21,956 nt of DNA from Ginkgo biloba (taxonomy: Eukaryota; Plantae; Ginkgophyta), in contig JANKJI020000004.1 of the NCBI GenBank assembly GCA_024626585.2, positions 177,400,167 through 177,422,122 of the forward strand, read 5' to 3'. Below are positions 11,406 to 21,956 of the stretch, piece after piece (the stretch's first letter is position 1; each line of letters opens with the position of its first letter). The translations under genes and the position numbers were made by a program. The notes beneath the pieces were generated by a model that made no database searches, had not been told where the DNA came from, and was given only the letters and a program-made list of their open reading frames with translations.

Positions 11406-12737
11406 GTTGCTCATAGTTTAACTAATTAGTTTCTATAGAATGATGAGTTGATTTGTTGGATCAATTTTCTTAAGGATTGTGTAGAATCTACCAGTTTTCT
11501 CTAGTATGTTATCTTAGGAGTTCGTTGTCCATTGTCTGAATATCGTGAAATCAATTCTAAAAAGAGGAAAAAGTAAACTCTTCTTGCTAACATGTATGGA
11601 AGATTATAGTGGTAAGTAAGTAGTTGGTAATTCCTTGATTATTATATTTAGAAGGGTTGTGTATTCCTACCTAACCTAGAACCTAATATTGTTGAGTGAA
11701 ATTCAAAGAGATACGTTAAACTCCATGTAGTGACCTCTATCCTTGACCTAAGTTTTGTTGCCTAGGTAGGACAGGAAAAATACCTTGTGTAAGTAAAAGA
11801 AGAATAAAAGTAATCTTCTTAGGGGTCATTCTAAATAGACATTTAGTTAGTTCCTTTAGTCATTTTAGGCAAGTGTTAGTAGAAGTTATTTTAGTGGATG
11901 CTACCCTATGAGTGAACAACCTAGGCATAGTAGGTGACTTCAAATATTAGATTCCATTCCTGTAGTTGAGTAGGAAATTCCTAACATAGACCCATTTCCT
12001 ATATTTAAGTAAGACATTCTTCTCATAACTATTATCCCCAATTGAGCAAGAAGTTCCTAGAATCTCTTCCCTTCATCCTCATGGGGTGGAATATTATCAT
12101 TCAACTGAAGAAATACACTTAAAACCTATATTATTTAGAGCTCTGAGGGAGATGAACTAAAACACAATTGGTAGTAACTCAAATGCTAATAAAGGTTTGG
12201 TTCCATACTTTCATNNNNNNNNNNNNNNNNNNNNNNNNNNNNNNNNNNNNNNNNNNNNNNNNNNNNNNNNNNNNNNNNNNNNNNNNNNNNNNNNNNNNNN
12301 NNNNNNNNNNNNNNATCCTTAGTCATTATAACTATATGTATTGCACACTTTGATTAATGAAATCTCTTATTCTTTGTCCAATTTATTATGGAGAGTTGTG
12401 TTTGAGATCTTGTCTTGAATATTTGATTAGCTAAATCTTTATTTTCAAATTATTTGAGTGCATAAGTTCCTTCTTGGATTGTGTGTAGGTGATTTAGATT
12501 CTCCACAAGTCTGTATGGGTCATCATCTCATCTTATATACATCTTCAAATTTTATTCCAAGTATTTTTAGGCTTTCACAGATCATACCGTATTTCTATAG
12601 ACCACGCCATACTTTTACGCATGGTATTGTGTTTCTACATAGAGAACCATTTTCCTGCACCCTCCTTAGGCATGCAATGATACTGTATTCTTTTAAAAGG
12701 CACGCACTTACACTGTATTCCCTTATAAATTCATGTG

Positions 12738-15405
12738 CCAACATAGTATTATTGAGAATCCCAGACTGAGAGTATTTTCAATGAGTTTTCCCAACTATAC
12801 AATAGATAGAACATTTATAGAAGACACTTAGTTCAGTGTTGTAGTGGGTTACAAAGATGATTACTCCCTTCCATTTATTAAATATAAACTTTTGCAACAT
12901 TTTGAGGGGAATTCCTTCATCCTCCTACGAAGTAGGTATATCACCAAAGCACTAACATTAACTGCTATTAAAGGATGATTATAGTTAAACATATATAGTA
13001 AATTATTGAATTCTTATGGGATGTCTCTCATAGTCTAGGTCTTCCCTTTATCTTAAATTCTTAGATGCTCCACCTATAATTCCTTAGTAATTATAATTTT
13101 TTTACCCCCTATTATAATTGTTTTATTTGCATAGTGTTATGTGAAGTACATAAATTTTAAAGAATTAACCTAGTATACATTATAATATAAATGAAACTTC
13201 ACTACTCTTGACAAGTTAGACAAAGTAGGATATCTATTGATGGATTATCAAGAATTAGTCTCTCTTCTTACTTGAAATATTTTCCATAGACAAGTAGGGT
13301 TAGTTGTAATTCTTCCTCCATAACTATAATTCTTATTTCTTGTTATTCTTCTCCCATCTATCACTACTCAACCTCTAGTTATTCCCTTGATAGTTCAAAC
13401 AGTTTCCTATTCATCACTACCCCCTTCATTTCAATAATTTATACTACTTATTATTCATTGCTATTGTCAAATTATTCTCACTTAAATGCAATATTTTCTT
13501 ACAAGTTTACTTCATCTTCTAAAATGAAAATAATATTTCTTTCTTGCAATTAAGGACTTAAAATCTAATTCAAAAAGCTATACAATGATGAGAAGTGCAC
13601 CCCCTAATAAAAATTGCCTACTCTATGTGGCAAGGCCACCTTCATTCATGATAAGAGTAGGCATGGCTCCATCATGGATTAATTAGTAGAATACATAGTA
13701 ACAAATGAATCAATTCCTAATGAAAATCCCAATAAATTCAAAGGATGCAAACCACCTTGAGCACTAAATCCATGCCATACTAATAAATTCACTTGATACA
13801 TGGGATGAATTTATCACCTAACATCTTTGAAATACATCAAATAATGATTGGCTAAAATGATCACCACTCTCATGTTACCATGTGGCCCAAATTTAAATTC
13901 TTGTGTCCTAATTTTTTTCCCTTTCAAGCATTGGTCATTTGGAGAATAAACCATATAATAATGAAGTTATACTTTCACCAAAAACCTGAAAGTCTAATTT
14001 GTAATAACCATTCATCAAATATGACATAGTTAATTTTTGGGTTTATGGAAATTAGGGAACACCTATGCATTACTTGGGTCTTCATAGACTATGAAACCCA
14101 AATCACTAACTTCACTTTTTCACATTTTTGATGAAACATGCCTAGATATTAATTAATATGGACATATAATATTTTTGGATCCATTAGGACCACATTATTC
14201 TTCACCTTGACTTTGAGAAGCTACTATTTTCCAAAATTTTATGTTGATTATATACTCCTAGAGGATGTGATATCTATATAGAACATATTTAATTCCCTAC
14301 TCGAGTCCACAAGATATCTTCAAACTTTTGAGGATCCTTTAATGTTCNNNNNNNNNNTAACACTTATTCCTTTATTATCCTAAACTCTAAACCTCATGAA
14401 TTCCTACAAGTTGTTGATATGAGTAAGTTTTCATGAAAATATATTTTCCACTCGTTCTAGGAACCTTCCTTATCAGAGTGCATCTTCTTGAAGGTGAACA
14501 ACCAAAGGAAGTTAGTCATCAACTTCATGTAATGCTATAATAGTTTCAACCTATAATAATTAAAGAATAATACTAGTGTGGTTTTAAATAGTTTGATGAA
14601 TCTTAGATGAGGAAACTAATCACTCATGTAAGACTTAAGGATCAAAGTTTTTTTATTGTGTTGGTATGTCTCATCTTGGTCACATTGGAATAGTTCTTAA
14701 TATATCACTTTAGGTGATTTATTTCAAAGTTTATTTGATCTTGTGATAGTTATTTGANNNNNNNNNNNNNNNNNNNNNNNNNNNNNNNNNNNNNNNNNNN
14801 NNNNNNNNNNNNNNNNNNNNNNNNNNNNNNNNNNNNNNNNNNNNNNNNNNNNNNNNNTAATACATCCATAGGACAATTATAGTTAGAATATAATAATAAT
14901 ATATAAAAATGACATTTCTAGTTAGAACATAATAATACTAATGTCCCACAAAACTTAATCGACTAAATTCTACTCAAAAGAAAACCATTGTTGCAATTTA
15001 TACAATAAACCCCAATATCATATCCAATATATAAATATTTTCCTATACAAATCATATAATAAAGTACACGAGAAATAAAACAAATAATGATATTAAAAAT
15101 AACCACTCATAAAATTTCAACATCAAATTTAGACAGGTATGAGTTATACAACATTATAACTTATTAGAGGATGGTAAAGATCATTGCCTAAGAAGAACAA
15201 TTACATAGTTTGATTAGATTTTATACATTTTTAAGAATTGAGACAAGAATGAATCTACATAGCTATTCAAAGAAGTTATATGCTTATTCTTGACATGTTG
15301 TTGAAGAACTAGTTAATTATCTATTGAGATATCTTTTATTCACTTTTAGACAAGTCGACTTGTTTACCTCAAGTTCATGTCATGTCACATCAAAGGGGAA
15401 ATAAT
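12738..15405 (+). mobile_element. Ancient, deletion-riddled Ty1/copia LTR retrotransposon internal region
   Basis: Collinear ghosts: LTR-end CCAACA (12738-12743) plus PBS-like tagtatta (cf. TGGTATCA); CGK zinc knuckle (~13626); SWIN**NT**QM (~13672; cf. WIxDSGAxxHM); LSSIGHL (~13921); I*HS*F (~14019; cf. LWHxRFGH); VD.YS..W (~14244); FHENIF (~14428); HQLHV (~14518; cf. HQxDV); HC..EEQL (~15182); PPT aaaggggaaa (15392-15401). Integrase before RT is the copia order. Confidence 0.55.
14880..14937. repeat. 19-bp direct repeat tagttagaa(t/c)ataataata x2
   Basis: Copies at 14880 and 14919, one mismatch. Confidence 0.7.
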
Positions 15406-15680
15406 TGGATAATGTATATATTAACTAATTAAAAAGGTATCCCATAAGCATTCTATAATATTATTCTCTTATTACAAATGACCTCACCTCCCACTCCCAT
15501 TTATCATTTGTAACAAATGGAGGATCCCACACCTTTTAAATTGATATTATTCATGATCAATCAAGGTACTAAGAGTATTTTTTTTTGTTCACAAAACTTA
15601 GAATTAGAATATTGATTATAGAGAGGTAAAAATAATAGCTATAGAATAGAAATTACATTCTATTTTGTGTTTGTGTAAGT

Positions 15681-15769
15681 ATTATTGAGAAAAATGCCAA
15701 TGCATGTAGCCTTATCTAATTATTGCAATACAATTGTTGAGAAAAATGCCAATGTGTGTAGCCTTATCT
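15681..15769. repeat. 37-bp direct repeat x2 (52-bp period)
   Basis: attattgagaaaaatgccaatgcatgtagccttatct at 15681 versus attgttgagaaaaatgccaatgtgtgtagccttatct at 15733; 3 mismatches. Confidence 0.9.
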
Positions 15770-16619
15770 CTTTGAAAATTGAGGTAACTATATAATCATG
15801 AAGCTAAACCACACCCTCATAAAAATGTTTATTTTAACTCCTATAAAAGTGATTTATTGTCATATTNNNNNNNNNNAGAATAGATTGTTAGAATTAGACT
15901 ATCCTTTGTAAACTAGAGGAAATCCTTAGTCCAAGATGAGGAAGATACAAATTACAAAAAAATGTTCAATTTATTTTTATAGGGAAATTTAGGTCATTAA
16001 TCTTATAAAAATATCATATATTTTCCTTTATAGCCTTTGATATTCCTCACACTCCTATCATATATATATATAACATCATCAATTTCCTCTAGAGATCTTT
16101 TATATTATGTTGGTCCCTAACTGATGTAACCCCACTTGTATATTGTGTAAGTGGTTGAGTAGAAACATGTAGAAGTAGTTATATATGAGTTTCCTCTATG
16201 TAATTATATCCATATAAGAGTTCTTCATAGTGCTCATAACCCCATTGTCTATTGGATTTTATTATGTATAGAATTTAGATTTTGAGGATATTCTACTTTT
16301 GGTTGCCTTTATCCTATACCATGCCATTTTCTAGAGCAACATGACTTTCACTTAATGCACTCTGCCTTTTATTGCCCATCACTATAATTGTTTCCTACAA
16401 CATCATAAATATTTCCTACAATAGTGAAACATAAAGAAAGCATGGTTGTACACTTGTTTGAAACACACGGCTACATGCAAAGTACCTATAAGAAGAAAGA
16501 GAATCTAAAAGATAATATGNNNNNNNNNNNNNNNNNNNNNNNNNNNNNNNNNNNNNNNNNNNNNNNNNNNNNNNNNNNNNNNNNNNNNNNNNNNNNNNNN
16601 NNNNNNNNNNNNNNNNNNN

Positions 16620-17244
16620 GAAAATCAACCAATCCTTACATTATTGATCATAAATTACAAGGCATGAGTGCCTACAATCATCATATCAACATTACATCAT
16701 AAGAGTCCACTACTTCATCCTACTTTATGTCGGTTATATATACAAAGTGCAGACGGTCAACAAATCCTTACATTATTGATCATAAATTACAAGGCATGAG
16801 TACCTACAATCATCACATCAACATTACATCATAAGAGTCCACTACTTCATCTTACTTTATGTTGGTTATATATACAAAGTGCAAACGATTAAGTAACCAT
16901 CGTAATAGTTACAATGTATATAGCAAATCGGAGACTTGCATCGGATTCCCATGGTGGTGTCAGTGAACCCCTAATGAGGTCTACCCCAACATCCGTCGGT
17001 GAGATGACTTATGTCAATGTAGACCTTTCTCGTTGAGTCGACTCATGTCGATGTAGCATTATCCTCTCTCATTGTTCTACTACTAAAGGTTTATATTATT
17101 GTTGGCCAAATCATCCCCGCTGCTTGTCGGTTAGCCTACCTTTGTCGACATTGATCACACTCTTGTCAATGCACGTCCATGAATGATCTTATATTGACAT
17201 CATTCCAAGCCATTTTTGACATGTGTAAGATTTTTCGTCCAACA
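16620..17244 (-). mobile_element. Probable LTR (partial; other end in the gap or lost)
   Basis: Begins TGTTGGAC on the minus strand at 17244. It retains more CpG than its neighbours, has recurring tgtc(a/g)a(t/c) motifs and TATATA motifs within the 132-bp repeat, and abuts an unrelated decayed ORF. Confidence 0.45.
16625..16888. repeat. 132-bp tandem duplication x2
   Basis: Copy 1 is 16625..16756 and copy 2 is 16757..16888. I count 7 substitutions by eye, 6 of them transitions. Confidence 0.95.
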
Positions 17245-17263
17245 AGGAGGATTAAGGGTGCAA

Positions 17264-17923
17264 ATGTCTGAAGCTACCCCTATGGTGGAGATTCAAGATA
17301 CCCTGGATGCATGTCAAACTGAATTCAGACTCATGTATGAAGGTTTTTCCCATATGACAAAAATAAGGAGAGAATTCAATCCATTATGAAAGTCTAGTTT
17401 AGTACAAGCAATGACTATCCTAGATGCAATGCCCTATTGGTAGCTAATAGAATGGATAGTGGAAAGGTATGACCTAGTTAGAAGAGAAGTATTCACTACT
17501 AATGGAAAAGTATTCTATCCTCTAACCCTGAGGTTTTAAATAAAATGTTAGGATTACCTATTCTAGAAGAATAGTTTTATTTTGAGAAGGTAGAGGGGTT
17601 TTATCAAAATCATGCCCACATCCTAAAATTAATTAATTCTTGAAGAGATGAGGTAGTTGAAAATCCTATAAGGAAACCCCATTATAAAATAAGAAAATTA
17701 GAAAGGGAATTTAAGGACATAGTTTCATTACTGAAAAGAGTATTTGGCAAAAAAGACACTGCAAAAGTGTATCACTACTTGGTATACTTGGTTCATCAGG
17801 TTAGTAAAAAGGGGAGAGCATTCGATTGGGAAAATCTCATCAGTGGAACCATAACTCATCAATTAGCAGAGATGAACAAGTCATATAAATTTTTTATATC
17901 CTCTTATATAATTTATTCTCTGT
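17264..17923 (+). pseudogene. Decayed accessory ORF of an LTR retrotransposon (plant transposon protein / PMD-like N-terminal part)
   Basis: About 220 codons: MSEATPMVEIQDT...L*KSSLVQAMTILDAMPYW*LIEWIVERYDLVRREV...LT/EVLNKMLGLP...DIVSLLKRVFG...FDWENLISGTITHQLAEMNKSYKFFISSYIIYSL. There are 4 stops and 1 frameshift (~17528). The DWxxLISxxxxxQL...FxxSSYxxY pattern is one I associate with extra ORFs of gymnosperm gypsy elements. Confidence 0.6.
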
Positions 17924-18279
17924 NNNNNNNNNNNNNNNNNNNNNNNNNNNNNNNNNNNNNNNNNNNNNNNNNNNNNNNNNNNNNNNNNNNNNNNNNNNNN
18001 NNNNNNNNNNNNNNNNNNNNNNNTAGACCTCCTATCCTTAGGTTAATTGTTTTATGCTATACCTAACCTACAACCTTGATGAAATTTTAAGAAAATATTT
18101 GTTTTAATTCCAATGCTTTATTGTAAATGATAAAATAATATTAGAGCACCAATTTAATCATGTATACTTTTTTGTGTATATGAGCAGTCAAATTAAGGGA
18201 GGAAAAATCGATAGAAAAGCCAATGACTATGTGGCATATCCAAAGAGTTTTGACCAATTAGCAACCATATACAATAAAA

Positions 18280-18800
18280 AAAAATGAGACTCTTATATTT
18301 AACTTGGAGCCACTAGCCCTTAAATTCATAAAACCACCCATGAGACCATGACGCACTTGGAAAAGGAGCTTAAATAAAAATTCAAAATCAAACATTAGGG
18401 ATCGTTGCATTTATTTATTTATTTATTTTGTGTGTGTGTTTTTTTTTCTTATCTATTTTGGCATTTCGTTGACTTTGTGTACATGCAAGAAGACACGATG
18501 ATAAGAGGGAAGTGATAGGTAGCTCAATGGCCAAGTGTACACAGTAATGACTCTATTATGGTGGGGAGACTAGGCACGCAGGTCCACGACGGTTAGAAGA
18601 GACGACGGGAGGTATGGCAATGCAACAAGGAGGTAAACTAGTCACCCCATCAACTAGATCTCAAGGAATAGAGTGGTCTTATAAAGGAAATGCATAGTGC
18701 TAAAATAGAACAAAGGTGTCAAAGAACCAAGGATAAACTTATGGACAAATGAAGCCCCTGCACAAGAACATAGTTCATCATATATCACAACCCAATTGTT
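18280..18800 (+). mobile_element. Unclassified repeat remnant related to 10320..11405, opposite orientation
   Basis: ttggaaaaggagcttaaataaaaattcaaaat (18357-18388) resembles the reverse complement of 10976-11005 (ttggagagggattgaaataaaaattaaaat). Both are followed by a T/TG-rich intron-like tract and a purine-rich block. Confidence 0.3.
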
Positions 18801-19589
18801 GTGTCTTTATCTCTGTGAGGGTCATGTAGGAGGAGACACATTGTTACAAGGATTTGAAACCCCCCATTTTTTTTTTTGTATGATACTTGAAAATTTCTTT
18901 TTGCATGCATTAATTAAATGTATCTTCCAACTATTGAATCTCTTCGAAAAACCATGCACCAGACTATATGACAACATATTAAAAGTAAAATTTTAAGGCC
19001 CCTTAATACCACCAATAAGACTTCTCAAGAATAATCGAGANNNNNNNNNNNNNNNNNNNNNNNNNNNNNNNNNNNNNNNNNNNNNNNNNNNNNNNNNNNN
19101 NNNNNNNNNNNNNNNNNNNNNNNNNNNNNNNNNNNNNNNNAATAATGTCACAATTACATGTATATATAATCAACGAGATGACCCTTCACACTAAGAAACA
19201 TACCCTTTGGTTAAACCTAGTTAACCTTAGTTTAGAATTATCATTAATATTCTAATAGACATGGCTATAACCATTTCATTATAATGCCAAAAATTTAGAA
19301 AATTAAAAGATTAAGACTTAACCATGAAGGTGTAGATAAATAATCTAGAAAACTTGACTTGATCAATAATATATGAGAAAAAGGATCATTCATATTACAC
19401 ATACAATATAAACAAAAAGAAAAGTGAATGAAACAGGAAAAACACTAAGGATTCTTCTCACTAATGGTTTTTTATGGAACCCATTCTTCTTCTTCTTTCT
19501 TCCTTTTATCCTTAGACATTATGCCATTATTACCGTTTAATCGTTGAAGCGGTTAAAAATCGTTAAAACCATTGCATAAAGCTAGATCA

Positions 19590-20279
19590 CTAATACCCTT
19601 CAATTTTCGTTGTAACTTCTTCTACATTCTTGGCTAACAACTCGTGGAGTCATAACACTCGATCTCAGATATCTTTCCTCTTGGTAGTAATTAAATATTT
19701 ATTCCTCAAGTAAATATTTGTGAACTCCTTTTTTGCCTGGATTATTACTTCTTTTTATTTTCTTAAAATATAATCCAATTCTTTGTTATGATGACACCTA
19801 TCCCACAGAGGTGACCTACTTAGTTGACCAAAATTGAATGTTTCTTCATTCTGTAATACTCTGATAATCTTCACCTTCTCTGATTGGATGAACTAAGTGT
19901 AATCCTCTTTTAGGGTCAATTGATTATCCTTCCATGGAGAAGGAATATGTCTTTCTAGAGCTGTCATTTCAAACAAAGATTACACTGCTTCCCTCAATAA
20001 CATAGATTTAATCTTTATTCTATTGTTAAATTCTACTTATTTGATTATGCTTTCTAAGATGCTTTCTTTTTATTTATTAAAATCATTTAAAGTGCATAAG
20101 AAAGGCATTAATTATTTTAATGCATACACTCCCTTTGAAATGTTCAACAACCATTATGCTCACCTAAATTTTGTCTAATGGACTTTAATATTAGGCAAAC
20201 TACTATTTTCCTCCTTACAAAGTTTCCAAACTAGTTCACTTCTCCAATTGTAGAGTATTTCTCAGTCGAATATAATAAT
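19590..20279 (-). pseudogene. Decayed coiled-coil-type ORF, probably the C-terminal part of a retroelement accessory ORF
   Basis: A single protein-like frame of ~230 codons (...HIPSPWKDNQLTLKEDYT*FIQSEKVKIIRVLQNEETF...LHELLAKNVEEVTTKIEGY*) with no frameshift needed. It is interrupted by about a dozen stops that could derive from Gln/Arg/Trp codons by single transitions. Confidence 0.45.
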
Positions 20280-20499
20280 CCTAAAATATAATTCTAATTT
20301 ATGTTGAGTTTTCCTCATTATGACAATATTTATAAGAATCACATGACAATCTCATGACTATTCTTTCTAGTTATAAATTTTTTTCACATAAGAATATTGG
20401 CACACATAATAATTAAAAATTATAGAATAAATCATGTTAAAATTAATCTCTATGTCTATCCATTATTATGCACGATCTTTTACAAATTTCTCTATAATA

Positions 20500-21383
20500 G
20501 TATGTAATTAACATTTTGTATAGTTGTTGACATCAATATTTGACTTCATTAACATATTTTTTCACTACTACTTTTATGTCTTTGATATCTTAGTCCTCTA
20601 TTTATTATATTGGAGGATGAAATCATGCGCATAAACTTATGCTCTTTTATTCTTCTCATTGTGTGTTAAGGCATCTTCCTNNNNNNNNNNNNNNNNNNNN
20701 NNNNNNNNNNNNNNNNNNNNNNNNNNNNNNNNNNNNNNNNNNNNNNNNNNNNNNNNNNNNNNNNNNNNNNNNNNNNNNNNCATAGGATCATGTACTATCC
20801 CTCTAAAAGAACGATGGCACATCAATTTACTCATCTTTATAAGATTAGAAAGAAAAATAAATCTTCAATGCTTGAATCCCTATCTCCAATGATTTGGCAT
20901 CTATCCTCCTGTCAAACACTCTGATGTCAACCTTGGATTCAACCCAAAATATGATTTTCTACCATAGGTTGTTGGGATGATGAAGATCATGTAAAAGGAG
21001 GAACAATATTATTTGAAGGAATAATATTCAAGGGAGGTGGAGGAGGAGGATTCTATACTATAGAAGGATTTTGTGTCATAGAATCATTCAATTGATTCTA
21101 TATCTACTACATTGAGGGTGATCAATTCTCCTAACACTTACTAACTCTCCTTTTGTTATTTCCTCATCTTCCTCATAATAATTTATAACATATCCATACA
21201 AGATTTGATAGTACCCTCTTTGTATCCCTTGTTTTCACTCAACTCATCATCATCATCATGCTTGTGCTCGACTGCAAAAGGACTAACTGTTAGTGTAATA
21301 TCTTCTCCACTTCTTTGTTTTGTGCCTTCCTCCATCCCTACACCATGGACTATAGTCCTAGATGCATTTCTAGTAGATGCCAT
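20500..21383 (-). pseudogene. gag: Ty3/gypsy gag pseudogene
   Basis: ATG at 21383 (MASTRNASR...), then an acidic and a Pro-rich stretch. 20949-20800 reads FWVESKVDIRVFDRRIDAKSLEIGIQALKIYFSF*SYKDE*IDV/AIVLLEG, matching the retrotransposon gag pattern KVDIPxFDGxxDAExLxxWIxxLExYF...AxLxLxG. A*VYAHDF after the gap resembles VQEYxxEF. Confidence 0.7.
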
Positions 21384-21460
21384 ATGGAAAAAGTAGAAAA
21401 TTTAAAATAACTACAAAAATGAAAAAATTGAATCCCTCACCAAACTAAGAACAAACATGA

Positions 21461-21472
21461 TCTCATATACCA
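21461..21472 (-). promoter_or_regulatory. Degenerate tRNA-iMet primer-binding site
   Basis: Minus strand TGGTATATGAGA versus consensus TGGTATCAGAGC (9/12). It sits 2 nt after an LTR-type ...TACATCA end and ~80 nt before the gag ATG. Confidence 0.55.
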
Positions 21473-21474
21473 AA

Positions 21475-21740
21475 TGATGTACCTGTTGGATTTAGAGGTC
21501 TGAAGGAACACCTTTATATATGAAGAAGTGCATAAACATTAATTATATTGGGTACTCAATATAGTGATATATTGTACCCTTATAATTCTGATGTGGAACT
21601 CAACTATATGGCCATGTCAGTTGTACAAGCTCCTTCTAGTCTAAAAACTGTGCAAAACACAACTCCCATGAAAAGGAATATCATCCTAAAGTGCACATAG
21701 GTTTTCTTGAATTTCATAGTGTGTTTCTCTCTACATTACA
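21475..21740 (-). mobile_element. Putative 5' LTR of the gypsy remnant (distal boundary uncertain)
   Basis: Termini on the + strand are TGATGTA (21475) and TACATTACA (21732-21740). A TATATAAAGG motif lies on the minus strand at 21511-21520. Adjacent to the PBS. Confidence 0.4.
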
Positions 21741-21956
21741 ATTTTTCTTGATTAGTGCCATGATTTTCTCCTCCGTACTGTCAATCTTTTTTAAACAAGG
21801 AAAATGCTCTTGATGTACCCACTTGGTGTTAGAGGTTTTATAAAGTTATATGCGAAAGCATTTGATCGGTCTCCAAGGGGGTAATCATGTTTTTACTATT
21901 GCAATTATCTTATGCAGGAGGAATCTCAATTACAGGTGAAATTTTAGGAAAATACC

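Noticed and set aside
11454-12743. Possible complete LTR bounded by TGTTGG...CCAACA
   Set aside because: Flanks (tgatt / tagta) are not a TSD, a gap lies inside, and I see no match to the sequence after the PPT at 15401; the left boundary is unsupported.
15681-16888. Direct repeats as a CRISPR-like array
   Set aside because: Only two units each, no series of unique spacers, no cas genes, eukaryotic context.
19211-19235. Imperfect palindrome around ctagttaac
   Set aside because: Short and imperfect; expected by chance in AT-rich DNA.

Overview
This is eukaryotic plant DNA. Gymnosperm-like origin is my inference from the style of the repeats. The scaffold is fragmented, with 19 N-gaps, many exactly 100 nt. 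The only intact gene is at the left end on the minus strand: the first three coding exons of a KH-domain RNA-binding protein of the plant FUBP-like type (ATG at 2187, running off the window at base 1). It has a candidate TATA box and a 20-codon upstream ORF. The remaining ~19 kb is AT-rich, CpG-poor, decayed transposon sequence. Recognisable pieces are a deletion-shrunken Ty1/copia element (+, ~12.7-15.4 kb), a Ty3/gypsy LTR-PBS-gag remnant (-, ~20.5-21.7 kb), two retroelement accessory-ORF pseudogenes, weak LINE remnants, an LTR-like segment with a 132-bp tandem duplication, and two related intron-bearing repeat remnants in opposite orientation. I found no convincing novel biological system. 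The best leads are possible post-transcriptional control of the KH gene (uORF, competing splice donors) and the unclassified repeat pair. All motif matches were made by eye.
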